Source of the DNA: an uncultured Actinomycetes bacterium
GTDB taxonomy: Bacteria; Actinomycetota; Acidimicrobiia; Acidimicrobiales; JACCXE01
Length of the DNA stretch: 64,000 bases
Assembly (NCBI GenBank): GCA_963718605.1
Contig: OY970363.1
Coordinates: forward strand, 834,257-898,256
Direction of reading: 5' to 3'
Part shown: piece by piece, positions 18,189-37,939 of the stretch
How positions within the stretch are numbered: the stretch's first letter is position 1
Layout of the letters: each line of letters opens with the position of its first letter
Notes under the pieces: model-generated
Database searches by the model: none
The model's input: only the letters and a program-made list of their open reading frames with translations
What the model was told of the DNA's origin: nothing
Position numbers and translations under genes: made by a program

Positions 18189-18240
18189 GCGAAGAAGCCC
18201 CGCCCGGAGGCGGGGATTCCCCTTACAAGCTCGACCGCTT
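18189..18240. repeat. Copy B of the 52-nt module, immediately 3' of rpsJ; contains hairpin CCCCGCC-cgga-GGCGGGG (18198..18215)
   Basis: Same module as 17605..17656. Here the 7-bp GC stem is perfect and on the minus strand is followed by CTTCTTCG. Candidate (weak U-tract) terminator of the rpsL-rpsJ transcription unit. Confidence 0.6.
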
Positions 18241-18553
18241 ACGCGGTCTGGATCTTGATTTCGATGTCGACGCCGGCCGGCAGGTCGAGGCGCTGAAGCG
18301 AGTCGACCGTCTTGGGCGTGTGCTCGACGATGTCGAGCAGGCGCTTGTGGATCCGCATCTCGAAGTGCTCGCGGCTGTCCTTGTACTTGTGCGGCGAGCG
18401 GATCACCGTGAAGCGGTGCTTCTCCGTTGGGAGCGGCACCGGGCCACGAACTACGGCCTGCGTACGCAGAACCGTCTCGACGATCTTCTTGGTCGACTGG
18501 TCGATGACCTCATGGTCGTACGCCTTCAACCGGATGCGAATCTTCTGAGCCAT
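18239..18553 (-). CDS. rpsJ: 30S ribosomal protein S10
   Basis: 104-aa [31 protein letters not shown]...RLLDIV, unmistakable S10. Starts only 7 nt after the tuf stop. Confidence 0.97.
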   Translation of the reverse strand: MAQKIRIRLKAYDHEVIDQSTKKIVETVLRTQAVVRGPVPLPTEKHRFTVIRSPHKYKDSREHFEMRIHKRLLDIVEHTPKTVDSLQRLDLPAGVDIEIKIQTA

Positions 18554-18560
18554 CGTCTAA

Positions 18561-19754
<1,194 letters not shown>

Positions 19755-19825
19755 GGTGGCGATTCCTCGTTGTTGGTGTTGGTAGTTGGAACAAAACTTG
19801 AGCCGTCGAACTGGGCCGGTAGATG

Positions 19826-21916
<2,091 letters not shown>

Positions 21917-21997
21917 TGATCGTCATTTTCGTAGTGGTCGGGACAAATGAAAGCGGGCCACTCGGGCCCGCTTCCGAATGAATCTTGGCGGGGGCCC

Positions 21998-22468
21998 TTA
22001 CCAGCGGTAGTGGGCGTAGGCGCGGTTTGATTCCGCCATCTTCTGCAAATCCTCACGGCGCTTGACTGAAGCACCGACGCCGTTCGCGGCGTCCATGAGT
22101 TCGAGGGCGAGGCGCTCGGTCATCGTGCGCTCGCGACGCGAACGCGCAAAGCCCACGAGCCAGCGAATGGCCAGCGTGGTCTGACGTTCACGACGAACTT
22201 CCATCGGGACCTGGTAGGTGGCGCCACCAACGCGACGGCTCTTCACTTCGAGCTGCGGCTTGGTGTTCTCGAGGGCGCGCTTGAGCGTGGCGATCGGCTC
22301 GGTGCCGGTCTTCTCTTCGATCGACTTCAGTGCGTCGTAGACGATGCGCTCGGCCAGCGAACGCTTGCCGCGCGACAGCACCTTGTTGACCAGCTGGGTA
22401 ACGAGCTGCGAGTGGTAGATCGGGTCCGGGTTGAGCGGACGTACCGAAGGGGGACCTTTGCGGGGCAT
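21998..22468 (-). CDS. rpsG: 30S ribosomal protein S7
   Basis: 156 aa, [31 protein letters not shown]..., typical S7. Confidence 0.98.
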   Translation of the reverse strand: MPRKGPPSVRPLNPDPIYHSQLVTQLVNKVLSRGKRSLAERIVYDALKSIEEKTGTEPIATLKRALENTKPQLEVKSRRVGGATYQVPMEVRRERQTTLAIRWLVGFARSRRERTMTERLALELMDAANGVGASVKRREDLQKMAESNRAYAHYRW

Positions 22469-22471
22469 TGC

Positions 22472-22843
22472 TTACTTCTCTCGCTTGACGCCGTAGCGGC
22501 TGCGGGCCTGCTTACGGTCTTTGACGCCGGACGCGTCGAGCGCGCCGCGGATCACCTTGTAACGAACGCCGGGCAGGTCGCGGACGCGGCCACCGCGGAC
22601 GAGCACGATGGAGTGCTCTTGGAGGTTGTGGCCCTCGCCGGGGATGTACGCCGTGATCTCGACGCCACTCGTAAGGCGCACGCGGGCGATCTTGCGGAGC
22701 GCGGAGTTCGGCTTCTTAGGCGTGGTTGTGGACACCTTCGTGCACACGCCGCGACGCTGTGGCGACCCCTTCAGGGCCGGCGACTTCGTCTTGGACTTGT
22801 TTGATTCACGGCCCTTACGGACCAGCTGCGCGATGGTGGGCAC
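22472..22843 (-). CDS. rpsL: 30S ribosomal protein S12
   Basis: 123 aa from GTG 22843 ([35 protein letters not shown]...), preceded by an AGAGG SD. The 435-aa track ORF is an upstream over-extension. Confidence 0.97.
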   Translation of the reverse strand: MPTIAQLVRKGRESNKSKTKSPALKGSPQRRGVCTKVSTTTPKKPNSALRKIARVRLTSGVEITAYIPGEGHNLQEHSIVLVRGGRVRDLPGVRYKVIRGALDASGVKDRKQARSRYGVKREK

Positions 22844-22985
22844 ACAAACCTCTGGAGTTGTACTGCTACGGACGGCCGCCAAGCACCCAGCTTTTGACAA
22901 GACTGAGGCGCACAAGCCAGCGGTCCATGTTAGGTGTTGTGCCCAGCCCCCGCAAACGGCGGCTACTGCCCGGTAGGGTGACGCG

Positions 22986-24341
22986 ATGGCGGGTGATCCG
23001 GCCGAGATGGCTTTTGGCCACGCCTTGGCCATGTTGGGGGACCCGGATGTCGCGTCCGAGGTAGCGATTGCCGCCCTTCGGCGCGCCGGCAGGGCGCGGG
23101 GGCTCGTCCTGGCCCACGCGCGGCACGAAGCGGTCAATCGGGCCGCCGAGGACGCGCCGCTCGACCTGTCATCGATCCAACTAGTCGTGCTCGATCTTCC
23201 TGCGCTCGCCGCCACGCTCGCCTCGACCCGTCCGCCCGAAGAACGGGCTGCCCTCGACCTGCGGACCCGCACTAGCGGCGATTTGGCCGCTTTGGGTGCC
23301 GCGTTCGGATCCCGGCCCAGCGCGGCGGCCGACCGGTGCAACGCGATCGCCGAGTCGTGGGAGGCCACGCTGGACCCGGCGCTGTTGGCCTTCAGCGGAC
23401 CCGGTGATTGTGCCGAGTTGGCCGAAGTCCTGAGCGGTCGCGAACTCGACACCCCCGCGGACCTGCTGGCTGTCGCTCCGGCTGTGCACGCGCATGCGCA
23501 GACCTGCATCGTGTGCGGCGACCGGCTGCGGGCGATGGCACCCGTGCGCGGCTTCTTCAGCGACTCCACCACGGAGATTCCTGCGCCGGTCCGCGAGGTA
23601 AGCCGTGTTAGTCGCACCAAGCGACCCTCCGCGAACCCGCCCCCGATGTTCCCGTCCGACGCGCCCGCGGCGCGACGCGGCGCGTTCACGCCGTTACGCG
23701 TCGCCGCTGGCGTCGTGGTTCTTGTCGCCGCGACGGCCGGTGGCGCGTACGTCACCACACGAGATGCAGCTCCGGGCACGCTCAGCCGTCTGACGCGATT
23801 GTCGAAGTCCGACGCGCTGTCGATCGGAGTGCCGGCGGTTGCGGGTGACGTGGCGAGCGTCTCGATTCACAATCCGACGGACAAGCCAATTCGGTACCGG
23901 GCCAAGACGTCGGTGGAATGGGCAAGCGTCGCGCCGGCGCGGGGTGTCATCGCGCCCCACACGACCAACAACCTCGTGGTGCGCGCGCTCGAGACCGCGC
24001 CCGAGGGAGCACCCCGAGCCACCTTGGTCCTGCGCACCGGGTCGGGCGCGTCCACCGAGCAGGAACTGACCTGGACGCTCGAGCATCCGCCCGACGTCGA
24101 TGCGAACGCGGCGGGCTGCGCGGTCGCGGTGAATGTCGTCGAGGAGGGCAAGGTCACGAGCCTGGTGTTGCACTGGCGCGACGAGACCGAACACGAGGTC
24201 GACATCACCAACGGCCCCGAAGGCTACGAAGCCGAACTCACCCCGAACGGCGCGCCGATCACCTATTGGGTAACTGCGGTCGACGAGCGCGGCAACCAGT
24301 CGCGCACGAACGACCAAGTCATCGCCGCCGACGCCTGTTAA
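22986..24341 (+). CDS. Membrane-anchored ZAS-motif (HxxxCxxC) anti-sigma-like protein with Ig-like extracytoplasmic domains
   Basis: 451 aa. HAQTCIVC fits H-x3-C-x2-C. A single TM follows ([20 protein letters not shown]), then about 200 aa of beta-rich sequence. The N-terminal 120 aa vaguely resemble sigma-70 regions 2/4. No sigma gene is adjacent. Confidence 0.5.
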   Translation: MAGDPAEMAFGHALAMLGDPDVASEVAIAALRRAGRARGLVLAHARHEAVNRAAEDAPLDLSSIQLVVLDLPALAATLASTRPPEERAALDLRTRTSGDLAALGAAFGSRPSAAADRCNAIAESWEATLDPALLAFSGPGDCAELAEVLSGRELDTPADLLAVAPAVHAHAQTCIVCGDRLRAMAPVRGFFSDSTTEIPAPVREVSRVSRTKRPSANPPPMFPSDAPAARRGAFTPLRVAAGVVVLVAATAGGAYVTTRDAAPGTLSRLTRLSKSDALSIGVPAVAGDVASVSIHNPTDKPIRYRAKTSVEWASVAPARGVIAPHTTNNLVVRALETAPEGAPRATLVLRTGSGASTEQELTWTLEHPPDVDANAAGCAVAVNVVEEGKVTSLVLHWRDETEHEVDITNGPEGYEAELTPNGAPITYWVTAVDERGNQSRTNDQVIAADAC

Positions 24342-24346
24342 CGAAA

Positions 24347-24374
24347 AAAGGCGGACCCCGAAGGGCCCGCCTTT
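24347..24374. terminator. Bidirectional rho-independent terminator between convergent rpoC and the anti-sigma-like gene
   Basis: AAAGGCGGACCC-cgaa-GGGCCCGCCTTT (one mismatch). It is flanked by an A6 run upstream on the plus strand, which is a U-run after the hairpin on the minus strand (rpoC side). Confidence 0.65.
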
Positions 24375-24390
24375 CTTCTACTTCAGTTAG

Positions 24391-31907
<7,517 letters not shown>

Positions 31908-32126
31908 GGGCTTACTCCTCAGTACGACAGGCGCGCGTCGTCAAATGGCGCGAAGAAGAAAGGGCACAGATGACGACGGACGAAACGGGCGAGCACGGAA
32001 CCAGAGATTCTACGCGCAGACGCGAACAAAGCGCAACCCCCCAAACCGGGGTTTGCTTCGGGGAGGGTAAACGGTCCCTCCCGGGAGGTCAAGCATTGAT
32101 TCCCGGGACAGGACCCCAACAACGAA

Positions 32127-32169
32127 CTGGGCGTGTCTCGTGCCGGATTCCGGCATGAGACACGCCCAG
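32127..32169 (-). terminator. Long hairpin in the rplL-rpoB spacer (candidate attenuator/partial terminator)
   Basis: CTGGGCGTGTCTCGTGCCGGA / TCCGGCATGAGACACGCCCAG, an approximately 20-bp stem with one mismatch. It lies 33 nt downstream of the rplL stop. On the minus strand it is followed by TTCGTTGTT. Confidence 0.5.
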
Positions 32170-32201
32170 TTGCGTGGGTTGAGCGGCCAGAGCCGCTTGG
32201 G

Positions 32202-32585
32202 CTACTTGACTTCGACTTCGGCGCCGGCTCCTTCGAGCTGGGCCTTGGCCGCCGCAGCGGCTTCCTTGGTGACCTTCTCCAGCACGGGGCCGGGGGCGCT
32301 GTCCACGAGATCCTTGGCTTCCTTCAGACCGAGGCTCGTAAGCGCACGGACTTCCTTGATGACCTGGATCTTTTGCGAACCGGCTGCGGTGAGGATGACG
32401 TCGAACTCGTCCTTCTCTTCCTCAACCGCGGCCTCGCCGCCGCCGCCACCACCAGCGGCCGCGGCCACAGCCACGGGCGCAGCGGCGGTGACGCCGAACT
32501 TCTCTTCGAAGTCCTTGAGGAGCTCACTGAGCTCCAGAACCGTCATGTTGCCAATTGCGTCGAGAATCTCATCCTTGGTGGCCAT
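32202..32585 (-). CDS. rplL: 50S ribosomal protein L7/L12
   Basis: [32 protein letters not shown]... from ATG 32585. The track start at 32594 is a GTG 3 codons upstream that overlaps the rplJ stop. Confidence 0.95.
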   Translation of the reverse strand: MATKDEILDAIGNMTVLELSELLKDFEEKFGVTAAAPVAVAAAAGGGGGGEAAVEEEKDEFDVILTAAGSQKIQVIKEVRALTSLGLKEAKDLVDSAPGPVLEKVTKEAAAAAKAQLEGAGAEVEVK

Positions 32586-32590
32586 GGGGC

Positions 32591-33337
32591 TCACTCGCTT
32601 TCTTTTTCAGCCTCCGGCGCCGCGGCGGGCTCCGGTGACTCTTCGATTGGGGTGGTTGTTGCTTCGGGTACGTCGGACGGCGCGGTTGCAGCGTCGGAGT
32701 CGACGTCACCTTCCGCGGTGGGAGCCGCTTGTTCTGCGGGAGCTTCTTCGATGGGAGCTTCAGCAACTTCTTCTGCCGGAGCGGCCTCTGCGGGAGCAGC
32801 GGCCGCGGCTTCGGGCTCGCCGCCCTTCTGCTCGATTAGCGCCTTGAGGCCGTACGCCATGTTGCGGGGCAGGGCCTGCAACAAACCGGCGAACTGGACC
32901 ATCGGGGCGGCAATACCGCCGGCGAGGCGGGCGAGCAACACTTCACGCGGGGCGACGTCGGCGAGCGCCGTCGTGTCCTTGGCGTCGAGCACCTTTTCGC
33001 CGAGCAAGCCGCCTTTGACGACCAGCTTCGGGTTGGTCCGGGCAAAGTCGCGCAACGCCTTGGCGACCGTGACGGCGTCGCCCTTGATGAACGCGATGGC
33101 TGTCGGGCCAACGAGCATCGATTCGATGTCGAGACCCAGATCACGGGCCGCGAAGCGGACCAGCGTGTTCTTGTAGACCTTGTATTCACCACCGGCGGGA
33201 CGGAGCGTTCGGCGTAGCGCCGAGATTTCCGTGACGGTGAGCCCGCGATATTCGGTGAGGATGGCGGCGTCGGAATCATTGAAGTGACCACGCACTTCGT
33301 CGACGACTGCGACCTTTTCGGGACGGGGGTTGTCCAA
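32591..33337 (-). CDS. rplJ: 50S ribosomal protein L10 with a 76-aa Ala/Pro/Glu-rich C-terminal extension
   Basis: The L10 core is (L)[34 protein letters not shown]... I place the start at TTG 33337, 7 nt downstream of AAGGAGGTG. The track ORF (to 33406) adds 23 non-L10 residues. Confidence 0.9.
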   Translation of the reverse strand: MDNPRPEKVAVVDEVRGHFNDSDAAILTEYRGLTVTEISALRRTLRPAGGEYKVYKNTLVRFAARDLGLDIESMLVGPTAIAFIKGDAVTVAKALRDFARTNPKLVVKGGLLGEKVLDAKDTTALADVAPREVLLARLAGGIAAPMVQFAGLLQALPRNMAYGLKALIEQKGGEPEAAAAAPAEAAPAEEVAEAPIEEAPAEQAAPTAEGDVDSDAATAPSDVPEATTTPIEESPEPAAAPEAEKESE

Positions 33338-33517
33338 CCTGTTGCACCTCCTTAAAACAAATAGGGCGTCGCAGACATGCGAACGCCCTACTCGTAGGAG
33401 GTTCACCTCGGCTGGCGGACTCGAGAGTCCTTACTCACCCGAAGGTGAACCGGCTGTCTGCGGCGAGAATCTTGATGTTGAAAGCCGGAGCAGGATAGCC
33501 GCTGCGGCCCGAATGAG

Positions 33518-34270
33518 CTATTCCGAAGCGTTGGCGGCGGCGTTTTCGGCGGCCTCCGCGGTGACTTCTTCCTCAGTAGCGCGGATGCGGTTCGTGTCGA
33601 CACGCACGCCCGGGCCCATGGTCGACGACACGGTCACCGACTTGATGTACTTGCCCTTGGCCGACGCCGGCTTGGCCCGCTGGACCTCGTCGAGCACGGC
33701 GCGGAAGTTCGACAACAGCGCCCGGGGCTCGAAGCTGGCCTTGCCGATCGGGACGTGGATGTTGCCGACCTTGTCGGTGCGGTACTCGACTTTGCCGCCC
33801 TTGAACTCGCCGACCGTCTTGGCCACATCGGTGGTGACGGTGCCGGTCTTCGGGTTCGGCATGAGCTTGCGCGGACCGAGGACGCGGGCGGCTTTACCGA
33901 CCTGGCCCATCATGTCGGGAGTCGCGATGGCGACGTCGAAGTCGACGAATCCACCGACGACGCGCTCGACCAGGTCCTCAGCGCCGACGATGTCCGCACC
34001 AGCCTGACGGGCCTCCTCGGCGGCGGGACCCGTAGCGAATACGGCGACCCGGACATCCTTGCCGGTGCCACCGGGAAGCGTGACGGTGCCGCGCACGATC
34101 TGGTCGGCCTTGCGGGGGTCAACGCCCAGGCGCACGGACAACTCGACGGTTTCGTCGAACTTGGCCTTCGCGCCGGCCTTCACGAACTTCACGGCTTCGA
34201 CGGGGGGATAAACCTCTTCCCGGTCGAAATTCTTCAATGCGTCTTCGTACTTCTTGCCACGTTGCGGCAT
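33518..34270 (-). CDS. rplA: 50S ribosomal protein L1
   Basis: 250 aa, [31 protein letters not shown]...; short acidic C-terminal tail. Confidence 0.97.
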   Translation of the reverse strand: MPQRGKKYEDALKNFDREEVYPPVEAVKFVKAGAKAKFDETVELSVRLGVDPRKADQIVRGTVTLPGGTGKDVRVAVFATGPAAEEARQAGADIVGAEDLVERVVGGFVDFDVAIATPDMMGQVGKAARVLGPRKLMPNPKTGTVTTDVAKTVGEFKGGKVEYRTDKVGNIHVPIGKASFEPRALLSNFRAVLDEVQRAKPASAKGKYIKSVTVSSTMGPGVRVDTNRIRATEEEVTAEAAENAAANASE

Positions 34271-34350
34271 TAGAGCCTCCCTCTTTCTGTAAGTAGGAAC
34301 CTGCGCCCGGTGAGGTGTTCCGGGTCGTCAGGGTGTTGCGAGAGCAGGAG

Positions 34351-34776
34351 TTACTTGACGTCGATGCCCATCGAGCGGGCGGTGCCCGCGACCTGCAGGC
34401 ACGCAGCCTCGAGGTCGTTGGCGTTGAGGTCGGGCATCTTGGTCTTGGCGATTTCCTCGACCTGCGCCTTGGTGACCGAGCCGACCGTTTCGCGACCCGC
34501 GGTGGGCGCGCCCTTTTCGAGCCCGGCGGCCTGACGCAGCAGCGCCGGCGTGGGGGGAGTCTTGAGGATGAAGGTGAAGCTGCGGTCCTCGTAGATCGTG
34601 ATCTCGACCGGGATGACCTGTCCGCGCTGGTTTTCGGTCTGCGCGTTGTACTGCTTCACGAAGTCCATCGTGGCCACGCCGTGGGGACCCAGCGCCGTAC
34701 CGACCGGGGGCGCGGCGGTGGCCGCCCCGGCGGGGAGCTGGATCTTGACGATCGCGGTGACCTTCTTGCGTGCCAT
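34351..34776 (-). CDS. rplK: 50S ribosomal protein L11
   Basis: 141 aa, [34 protein letters not shown]... Confidence 0.97.
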   Translation of the reverse strand: MARKKVTAIVKIQLPAGAATAAPPVGTALGPHGVATMDFVKQYNAQTENQRGQVIPVEITIYEDRSFTFILKTPPTPALLRQAAGLEKGAPTAGRETVGSVTKAQVEEIAKTKMPDLNANDLEAACLQVAGTARSMGIDVK

Positions 34777-34793
34777 GTTCTGTCCTTAAACCG

Positions 34794-35561
34794 TTAAAGC
34801 TTCGCCACTTGGGCGAAATCGAGCTCGACCGGGGTCTCCCGGCCGAAGATGTTGACGAGCACCTTGAGCTTGAGCTGGTCCTCGTTGATTTCTGCGATCG
34901 TGCCGGTGAAGTCCGCGAACGGGCCTTCCTTGACCCGGACCGACTCGCCGTTTTCGTAAGCCGACTTGGGCCGGCTCTTCTTGGGCTCGGCGCCTTCGCC
35001 TTCCACCGGAACCTGCAGGAAGTTCTCGACGTCCTTGCGGCGCAACGGCGTGGGCTTGGCCCCCGAGCCGACGAAGCCAGTGACGCCGGGGGTGTTGCGC
35101 ACCACGAACCACGAGTCGTCGTCGAGTTCACAACGCACGAGCAGGTAGCCCGGGAACATCTTCTTGGTGACCACGACCTTGCGGCCGTTCTTCAACTCGA
35201 TGACGTCTTCCTCGGGGATGACCACCTCGTAGATGTGGTCTTCCATGTTCATCGAGGCAATGCGGCTCTCGAGGTTGCTCTTCACCTTTTTCTCGTAACC
35301 GGAGTACGAGTGGATGACGAACCATTGGCCGGGCCGGTCATACGGGCTTTGCGACGGCGCGACGTCATCGTCGTGTTCGTCGTCGGCCTCACCCGCAATC
35401 TCGTCGCTCGCGTCGGCCTGCTCCTCGAGCAGATCTTCGGCGGTGACAACCTCGGCGGCTTCGTCAGCGGGCACGTCAGCCGCCACTTCCTCGACCGGGA
35501 GGTCGAGAGATTCTTCGTTGTCTTCGGATGGGGTTTCGGAGAAGTCGGTCACAAGGCTCAC
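34794..35561 (-). CDS. nusG: Transcription termination/antitermination factor NusG with acidic N-terminal extension
   Basis: NGN/KOW core ([14 protein letters not shown]...; [18 protein letters not shown]). Start placed at GTG 35561, overlapping the secE stop (GTGA); GTG 35552 is an alternative. Confidence 0.9.
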   Translation of the reverse strand: MSLVTDFSETPSEDNEESLDLPVEEVAADVPADEAAEVVTAEDLLEEQADASDEIAGEADDEHDDDVAPSQSPYDRPGQWFVIHSYSGYEKKVKSNLESRIASMNMEDHIYEVVIPEEDVIELKNGRKVVVTKKMFPGYLLVRCELDDDSWFVVRNTPGVTGFVGSGAKPTPLRRKDVENFLQVPVEGEGAEPKKSRPKSAYENGESVRVKEGPFADFTGTIAEINEDQLKLKVLVNIFGRETPVELDFAQVAKL

Positions 35562-35911
35562 GCGTGGAAGAGGAACAGGATGGATTTCGAGCACGCGTAG
35601 TCGAGCACGAAGATGAGGGAAATCAAGATGATCAGGGTTACGAGTACCACGATCGAATAGTTGCGAACCTCGAGGCGGGTCGGCCACGCGACCTTGCGGA
35701 GCTCACCACGAGTTTCACGCAGGAACTCCGCCGACGACGCAATCGGGTTGCTGCGCTGGCGCTGACCAGCCGCGCGAACGCGACGAACTTGCGTGTCCCG
35801 ACCGCCTGCGCCAGAGGCGCCCGCGGCTATCGGCTCGCCGTCCGGACCGAGCTGGCCCTGGCGTTGCAGTCTGCGCTTTTCTTCTCGGTTCAACAGAGGT
35901 CCTTCGGACAA
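35558..35911 (-). CDS. secE: Preprotein translocase subunit SecE
   Basis: 117 aa. C-terminal [42 protein letters not shown], typical of SecE. Position between tRNA-Trp and nusG. Confidence 0.85.
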   Translation of the reverse strand: MSEGPLLNREEKRRLQRQGQLGPDGEPIAAGASGAGGRDTQVRRVRAAGQRQRSNPIASSAEFLRETRGELRKVAWPTRLEVRNYSIVVLVTLIILISLIFVLDYACSKSILFLFHA

Positions 35912-35936
35912 ACTTTCGGACAGACAGATGGATGAG

Positions 35937-36009
35937 CAGGGCAGGAGGGACTCGAACCCCCAACCACCGGTTTTGGAGACCGGTGCTCTACCAATTGAGC
36001 CACTGCCCT
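35937..36009 (-). tRNA. tRNA-Trp (anticodon CCA)
   Basis: Manual cloverleaf: AGGGCAG-TG-GCTC..GAGC-A-CCGGT CTCCAAA ACCGG-TGGTT-GGGGG TTCGAGT CCCTC-CTGCCCT-G. CCA tail not encoded. Confidence 0.9.
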
Positions 36010-36056
36010 AGTGGGGGTGCGGCCGACGAGGATATCACCGGCGCGCTAATGCAGTC

Positions 36057-36809
36057 CTAGTCAGGGTGGGAAGAGACCGCCCGGCGGCGACCGAACAGCG
36101 CGATCGAGGTCGCTCCGAGCACCCCGAGACCCAATAAGAGCCACAGCGCACTCGATGCCGACCGGCCGACGCCACGTTCGACGGGCCGGTGAGCCGCGAG
36201 CGTGGGCGACGCCGCCGGGTTGTGTTGATCAAGATATGGAAGCGGGTCCACGAATCCGTACGCCGGGGCACCATCGGAGCACGACGTGAGTCCCTTGAGC
36301 CGGACATGCGGGTCCTCGCCCTCGGCGAGCGGACGAACGCCGAGGTGCAGGTGGGAGTTGCCGCCTTGATCGAACACCGTCCCGACCGCTGTCCCCGCCG
36401 GGTACGCCACATCGAGCACTAAGAGCGGATTCTTGACGATATGGCCGTACACGGCCACGAAGCGCGCGCCATGCGCGGCCAGGTGCTCAACGCCAACTGC
36501 GTCGCCCGGCCAGTTGTCCGAGAACCCCCGCACGGTGCCCGGCGCCATCATCACCACCGTCTTGCCGACCTGTGGGCCAGTGTTCGCCGGGTATGCCTGC
36601 GAGTCGGCGCCTAGGTGCGCTGACCCCGCCACGTAGGAACCGTCGCAGACGTCGAAATGCCAATCCTCAAAGGTGGCCGGCGTAAGAGGATTCGTCCAAT
36701 CGCCCGGGAAAGCGAGGTTCGCCGCGTCGGAGCGGACCGCGACGACGACGCTCATCACCACCAGCGACACGGCGACCGTTGCGATGCAAACCGACCGCAG
36801 ATGCCTCAA
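36057..36809 (-). CDS. LytM/M23-like domain protein with signal peptide and C-terminal TM + basic tail
   Basis: HLGAD (HxxxD) and SHLHLGV (HxH) in M23-like spacing. N-terminal signal sequence. C-terminus ALWLLLGLGVLGATSIALFGRRRA resembles a sorting-signal-type anchor, but no LPXTG is seen. TTG start overlaps the upstream stop (TTGA). Confidence 0.5.
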   Translation of the reverse strand: MRHLRSVCIATVAVSLVVMSVVVAVRSDAANLAFPGDWTNPLTPATFEDWHFDVCDGSYVAGSAHLGADSQAYPANTGPQVGKTVVMMAPGTVRGFSDNWPGDAVGVEHLAAHGARFVAVYGHIVKNPLLVLDVAYPAGTAVGTVFDQGGNSHLHLGVRPLAEGEDPHVRLKGLTSCSDGAPAYGFVDPLPYLDQHNPAASPTLAAHRPVERGVGRSASSALWLLLGLGVLGATSIALFGRRRAVSSHPD

Positions 36810-37468
36810 ACCTGCACCTGTCGCAACGCGAGAGCCGCGATGCTGTGGACGTCCACCACGGCATCGGTTTTCGGAAGGCCGCGGTCAACCGACACGTACA
36901 CGACGAACTTTCCTTTACGAGTTACGACGACCTCGCTAATGAATCGCTTGGGCGGCGACGCCGATGAGTCGACGCCGGTGACACGCCACGCAAAAGTGTC
37001 CCGGTTGCTCGGCGACTGCGCGACCAGGCGGGCCGTCGTTCGGTCGGCCCGGATCGTGCGACAACTCGCGATCGCACTGCGATACCCGGCGACCACCGCT
37101 TGCGCAGACGCTACCGAGTCGAATCGCGCCAGATCCTCGTAGATATCGATCTCAGTTGCTCCGTCACCCGACGAGAACCCCGCGGCGGCGTCGTGCGCCG
37201 GAACATAACCAGATTCGGTCTTGAAATACGCGTCGCAGAATCCGGGGTCCATGGTGCCCAACCGGCCATCGGCCTCAAAGTGATTCTCCCCGGGTTTGAA
37301 CCCGGGGGGAAGGTCGTCGGCAGAAACGAGCATCTCCGCGAAACCGGGTTGGATTTTCTCGACGTATTTCGGCCGAGACGCGGCGTCGTGCTTGGCGCCG
37401 CCCCCACACGCCGCTGCTGTCGTCGCCGCTCCGAGCAAAAGAACGGCAACAGCGCCGCTCACCTTCAT
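36806..37468 (-). CDS. Hypothetical lipoprotein
   Basis: MKVSGAVAVLLLGAATTAAAC GGG..., a lipobox with Cys. 220 aa; no family recognised with confidence. Confidence 0.6.
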   Translation of the reverse strand: MKVSGAVAVLLLGAATTAAACGGGAKHDAASRPKYVEKIQPGFAEMLVSADDLPPGFKPGENHFEADGRLGTMDPGFCDAYFKTESGYVPAHDAAAGFSSGDGATEIDIYEDLARFDSVASAQAVVAGYRSAIASCRTIRADRTTARLVAQSPSNRDTFAWRVTGVDSSASPPKRFISEVVVTRKGKFVVYVSVDRGLPKTDAVVDVHSIAALALRQVQV

Positions 37469-37525
37469 CGCATTCCACCCCCTGAGCCGAAGCGCAGAGA
37501 GTATGCCGACTGGTCGGCTCGCGTC

Positions 37526-37939
37526 CTACGACGCCAGGGCGCGACGGCGGGCGCGGCCCGCCAATACGACAGCGCCGGCGGCACCAGCAGCGGCGGTTGC
37601 CAGGGCAATACCGCCCATGTAGGCGCCGCGCTTGCCGCTCATGATCGAGCGAATCGCGCTGCGTTCACCGGCGGCCTCGAGGTGGGCCAACACTGAGGCG
37701 AGGTGGCCGGGCGCGGGTTCGAGCACTTCGGTGCGCAGATTGTGCAGCCCGCGCAGCAGTCGGCGGTACTGGACGATCTCGGCTTGGCAGCGCAGGCACG
37801 TCTCGACGTGGGCGCGGACGTTCGCAGGTGCGGCTTCGACGCCGTCGGCGTAGTCGCCGAGCGTGGCGGCGATGGCGTCACAGGTCAGGGAAGCCAAGGA
37901 AGTGTTATTGGCAGTGTTATTGGCAGTTTCAGACTGCAT
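37526..37939 (-). CDS. ZAS-type anti-sigma factor (single C-terminal TM)
   Basis: From ATG 37939 (MQSETANNTANNT...). HVETCLRC fits H-x3-C-x2-C. TM segment YMGGIALATAAAGAAGAVVLAG. 11-nt overlap with the sigma gene. Confidence 0.75.
   Translation of the reverse strand: MQSETANNTANNTSLASLTCDAIAATLGDYADGVEAAPANVRAHVETCLRCQAEIVQYRRLLRGLHNLRTEVLEPAPGHLASVLAHLEAAGERSAIRSIMSGKRGAYMGGIALATAAAGAAGAVVLAGRARRRALAS

Noticed and set aside
3034-18238. Block A as a mobile genomic island
   Set aside because: I saw no integrase, transposase, tRNA att site or flanking long direct repeats. Genes inside use the same GC-rich codon style and the same 1-4 nt overlap style as the core. I report it as an operon-splitting accessory block, not as a mobile element.
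33338-33517. Structured ribosomal-protein leader RNAs upstream of rplJ (and in the 34271..34350 spacer upstream of rplA)
   Set aside because: The positions are right for L10 and L1 autoregulatory leaders, and short hairpins are visible. I cannot verify the covariation-model structure by eye, so no ncRNA feature is claimed. An Rfam/Infernal scan would decide.
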